Below are positions 59,833 through 64,000 of a DNA stretch of 64,000 nucleotides, one piece after another (position 1 is the stretch's first letter; each line of letters starts with the position of its first letter). Source of the DNA: Ranitomeya imitator (taxonomy: Eukaryota); NCBI RefSeq assembly GCF_032444005.1, contig NC_091283.1:106764001-106828000 (forward strand), read 5' to 3'. The notes under the pieces were generated by a model that saw only the letters and a program-made list of their open reading frames with translations, was not told the origin of the DNA and ran no database searches. Both the position numbers and the translations under genes were made by a program.

Positions 59833-62536
59833 ATGGATATTCAGGGTCTGTGCTCTTCAATGGATAATCTCGTTATAAATGTACAAAAAATTCAAGATAC
59901 TATTGATCAGAAATCTATGTTAGAACCAAGAATTCCTATTCCTGATTTGTTTTTTGGAGATAGAACTAAGTTTCTAAGTTTCAAAAATAATTGTAAGCTA
60001 TTTCTGGCCTTGAAACCTCATTCTTCTGGTAATCCTATTCAACAGGTTTTGATTATTATTTCTTTTTTGCGCGGCGACCCTCAAGACTGGGCATTTTCTC
60101 TTGCGCCAGGAGACCCTGCATTGAGTAGTGTCGATGCGTTTTTCCTGGCGCTCGGATTGCTGTACGATGAGCCTAATTCAGTGGATCAGGCTGAGAAAAA
60201 TTTGCTGGCTTTGTGCCAGGGTCAGGATGATATAGAAGTATATTGTCAGAAATTTAGGAAATGGTCAGTACTCACTCAGTGGAATGAATCTGCGCTGGCA
60301 GCTTTGTTCAGAAAGGGTCTCTCTGAGGCTCTTAAGGATGTCATGGTGGGATTTCCTATGCCTGCTGGTTTGAATGAGTCTTTGTCTTTGGCCATTCAGA
60401 TCGGTCGACGCTTGCGCGAGCGTAAATCTGTGCACCATTTGGCGGTACTGCCTGAGGTTAAACCTGAGCCTATGCAGTGCGACAGGACTATGACTAGAGT
60501 TGAACGGCAGGAATACAGACGTCTGAATGGTCTGTGTTTCTACTGTGGTGATTCCACTCATGCTATTTCTGATTGCCCTAAGCACACTAAGCGGTCCGCT
60601 AAGTCTGCCGTCATTGGTACTGTACAGTCCAAATTCCTTCTGTCCATTACCTTGATATGCTCTTTGTCGTCGTTTTCTGTCATGGCGTTTGTGGATTCGG
60701 GCGCTGCCCTGAATCTGATGGATTTGGATTATGCTAAACGTTGTGGGTTTTTCTTGGAGCCTTTGCGGTGTCCTATTCCATTGAGAGGAATTGATGCTAC
60801 ACCTTTGGCCAAGAATAAACCTCAATACTGGGCCCAGCTGACCATGTGCATGGCTCCTGCACATCAGGAAGTTATTCGCTTTCTGGTGTTGCATAATCTG
60901 CATGATGTGGTCGTGTTGGGGTTGCCATGGCTACAAACCCATAATCCAGTATTGGATTGGAATTCCATGTCGGTATCCAGCTGGGGTTTTCAGGGGGTAC
61001 ATGGTGATGTTCCATTTTTGTCGATTTCGTCATCCACCCCTTCTGAGGTCCCAGAGTTCTTGTCTGATTATCAGGATGTATTTGAAGAGCCCAAGTCCGA
61101 TGCTCTACCTCCGCATAGGGATTGTGATTGTGCTATCAATTTGATTCCTGGTAGTAAATTCCCTAAAGGTCGATTATTTAATTTATCCGTGCCCGAGCAC
61201 GCCGCTATGCGCAGTTATGTGAAGGAATCCCTGGAGAAGGGACATATTCGCCCATCGTCATCACCACTGGGAGCAGGGTTCTTCTTTGTAGCCAAGAAGG
61301 ATGGTTCGCTGAGACCGTGTATTGATTACCGCCTTCTTAATAAGATCACTGTTAAATTTCAGTATCCCTTGCCATTGTTATCTGACTTGTTTGCTCGGAT
61401 TAAGGGGGCTAGTTGGTTCACTAAGATAGATCTTCGTGGTGCGTATAATCTGGTGAGAATCAGGCAAGGAGATGAATGGAAAACTGCATTCAATACGCCC
61501 GAGGGTCATTTTGAGTATCTAGTGATGCCGTTCGGACTTGCCAATGCTCCATCTGTGTTTCAGTCTTTTATGCATGACATCTTCCGTGAGTATCTGGATA
61601 AATTCCTGATTGTTTACTTGGATGACATTTTGATCTTCTCAGATGATTGGGAGTCTCATGTGAAGCAGGTCAGAATGGTTTTTCAGGTCCTGCGTGCTAA
61701 CTCTTTGTTTGTGAAGGGATCAAAGTGTCTCTTCGGTGTGCAGAAAGTTTCATTTTTGGGGTTCATCTTTACCCCTTCTACTATCGAGATGGATCCAGTT
61801 AAGGTCCAAGCCATCCAGGATTGGATTCAGCCGACATCTCTGAAAAGTCTGCAAAAGTTCCTGGGCTTTGCTTATTTTTATCGTCGCTTCATCTGTAATT
61901 TTTCTAGCATTGCCAAACCATTGACCGATTTGACCAAGAAGGGTGCTGATTTGGTTAATTGGTCTTCTGCTGCTGTGGAAGCTTTTCAGGAGTTGAAGCG
62001 TCGTTTTTGTTCTGCCCCTGTGTTGTGTCAGCCAGATGTTTCTCTTCCGTTCCAGGTCGAGGTTGATGCTTCTGAGATTGGAGCAGGGGCGGTTTTGTCA
62101 CAGAGAGGTTCTGATTGCTCAGTGATGAAACCATGTGCTTTCTTTTCCAGGAAGTTTTCGCCCGCTGAGCGTAATTATGATGTGGGCAATCGAGAGTTGC
62201 TGGCCATGAAGTGGGCATTCGAGGAGTGGCGTCATTGGCTTGAAGGAGCTAAGCATCGCGTGGTGGTATTGACTGATCATAAGAACTTGACTTATCTCGA
62301 GTCTGCCAAGCGCTTGAATCCTAGACAGGCCCGTTGGTCGTTATTTTTTGCCCGCTTCGACTTTGTGATTTCGTACCTTCCAGGCTCTAAAAATGTGAAG
62401 GCGGATGCTCTGTCTAGGAGTTTTGTGCCCGACTCTCCGGGTTTATCTGAGCCAGCGGGTATCCTCAAGGAAGGAATCATTGTGTCTGCCATCTCCCCTG
62501 ATTTGCGGCGGGTGCTGCAAAAATTTCAGGCGAATA
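59833..62536 (+). CDS. Ty3/Gypsy (Sushi/chromovirus-like) single-frame gag-pol, cut off before integrase
   Basis: PEG10/RTL-like capsid, CFYCGDSTHAISDC zinc knuckle, protease DSGA, RT MPFGL/YLDD, RNase H DAS..ELLA..TDH. The ORF-track start at 59713 is probably an upstream extension. Confidence 0.95.
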
Positions 62537-63283
62537 TGTTGTGAATTCTGTGGCTGAGTTCACTTCTGTGGTCACAAGTGGTATTGCAGTCTCTGGGCTT
62601 CCTCCCTCAGGTGTTTTGGTGAGCTCGTTGGCTGCCTTGCTATTTAGCTCCACCTGAGTCTGTCTTCCTTGCTCCTTGTCAATGTTCCAGTGTTGGATCT
62701 GAGCTACTGCATCTTTCCTTGGGCCTGCTGCTCTGCTAGATAAGTGCTTCTAGTTTGTTTTCTGTTTTTTCTGTCCAGCTTGCTATTAACTTTTGCTGGA
62801 AGCTCTGAGAAGCAAAGGGGTGCACCGCCGTGCTGTTAGTTCGGCACGGGTGGTCTTTTTGCCCCTTTGCGTGGTTTTCGTTTTAGGGTTTTTGTAGACT
62901 GCATAGTTCTCTTTGCTATCCTCGCTCTGTCTAGAATATCGGGCCTCACTTTGCTGAATCTATTTCATTCCTACGTTTGTCTTTTCATCTTGCTAACAGT
63001 CATTATATGTGGGGGGCTGCCTATTCCTTTGGGGTATTTCTCTGAGGTAAGTCAGGCTTGTATTTCTATCTTCAGGCTAGTCAGCTCCTCAGGCAGTGTC
63101 GAGTTGCATAGGTAGTGATAGGCGCAATCCACTGCTGCTTATAGTTGTGTGAGGATAGATCAGGTACTGCAGTCTACAGAGATTCCACGTCTCAGAGCTC
63201 GTCCTATTGTTTTTGGTTATTGCCAGATCTCTGTATGTGCGCTGATTACTGCACGCTGTGTTGCCTGATTGCCAGCCATAACA
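62537..63283 (+). mobile_element. 5' LTR of Gypsy element 2, nested in element 1
   Basis: Same termini as LTR1 but many substitutions and indels; followed by the same priming sequence and a new gag. Confidence 0.9.
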
Positions 63284-63414
63284 GTACAAGGAGCCAACCA
63301 ATGATTCCCAATAGAGGGAAAAAAGAAATCCTGACATCATTTTTTTTTCTTAGCTCTGTCTTCAGTCTTTTTTTTCCCCTAGACATTAGAGTGCTTCAGG
63401 ACACAGGTGTGGAC

Positions 63415-64000
63415 ATGGATATTCAGGCTCTGTGCTCCTCAATGGATAATCTCGTTGTAAATGTACAAAAGATTCAAGATACTATTGATCAGAAATCGAT
63501 GCTAGAACCAAGAATTCCGATTCCTGATTTGTTTTTTGGTGACAGAACTAAGTTCCTGAGCTTCAGAAATAATTGTAAGCTATTTTTGGCCTTGAAACCT
63601 CATTCTTCTGGTAATCCTATTCAACAGGTTTTGATTATTATTTCTTTTTTGCGCGGCGACCCACAGGACTGGGCGTTTTCTCTTGCACCAGGAGATTCTG
63701 CATTGAGTAATGTTGATGCATTTTTCCAGGCGCTGGGATTGCTTTACGATGAGCCTAATTCAGTGGATCAGGCTGAGAAAAATCTGCTGGCTTTATGCCA
63801 GGGTCAGGATGATGTAGAAGTATATTGTCAGAAATTTAGGAAGTGGTCAGTACTCACTCTGTGGAATGAATCTGCACTAGCGGCTTTGTTCAGAAAGGGT
63901 CTCTCTGAAGCTCTTAAGGATGTAATGGTGGGATTTCCTATGCCTGCTGGTTTGAATGAGTCTATGTCCTTGGCCATTCAGATCGGTCGTCGCTTGCGCG
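63415..64000 (+). CDS. Gag of Gypsy element 2 (runs off the window)
   Basis: ATGGATATTCAGGCTCTG...; collinear with 59833-60418. Confidence 0.92.
   Translation, partial: MDIQALCSSMDNLVVNVQKIQDTIDQKSMLEPRIPIPDLFFGDRTKFLSFRNNCKLFLALKPHSSGNPIQQVLIIISFLRGDPQDWAFSLAPGDSALSNVDAFFQALGLLYDEPNSVDQAEKNLLALCQGQDDVEVYCQKFRKWSVLTLWNESALAALFRKGLSEALKDVMVGFPMPAGLNESMSLAIQIGRRLR

Overview
Eukaryotic, extremely repeat-rich DNA. The transposon families (Tc1, piggyBac-type and T2/Kolobok-type TTAA MITEs, CR1, Rex1/Babar, Penelope/Neptune, Helitron, Sushi-like Gypsy) look like those of a large anuran (frog) genome; the taxon is my inference. I could not identify a cellular gene; only weak single-exon candidates were seen. 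All recognisable long ORFs belong to mobile elements: a Tc1 DD34E transposase (217-1254, -), a Rex1/Babar RT (10270-11395, -), a Penelope RT+GIY-YIG ORF (26142-28163, -), a CR1 RT (44279-46378, +) and a Gypsy gag-pol (59833-62536, +) interrupted by a sister element. The centre (18885-32555) is a 13.7-kb quasi-palindrome of two inverted non-autonomous piggyBac-type elements, each with a seven-unit ~390-bp array and a telomere-like block. The most interesting layer is a set of very short Penelope-derived inserts (about 180-350 bp, 14-16-bp target duplications) carrying hammerhead-ribozyme motifs, including non-canonical cores and two inserts stacked at one target site. There is one assembly gap (22638-22860). 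All coordinates, alignments and folds were read by eye; nothing was computed or searched.
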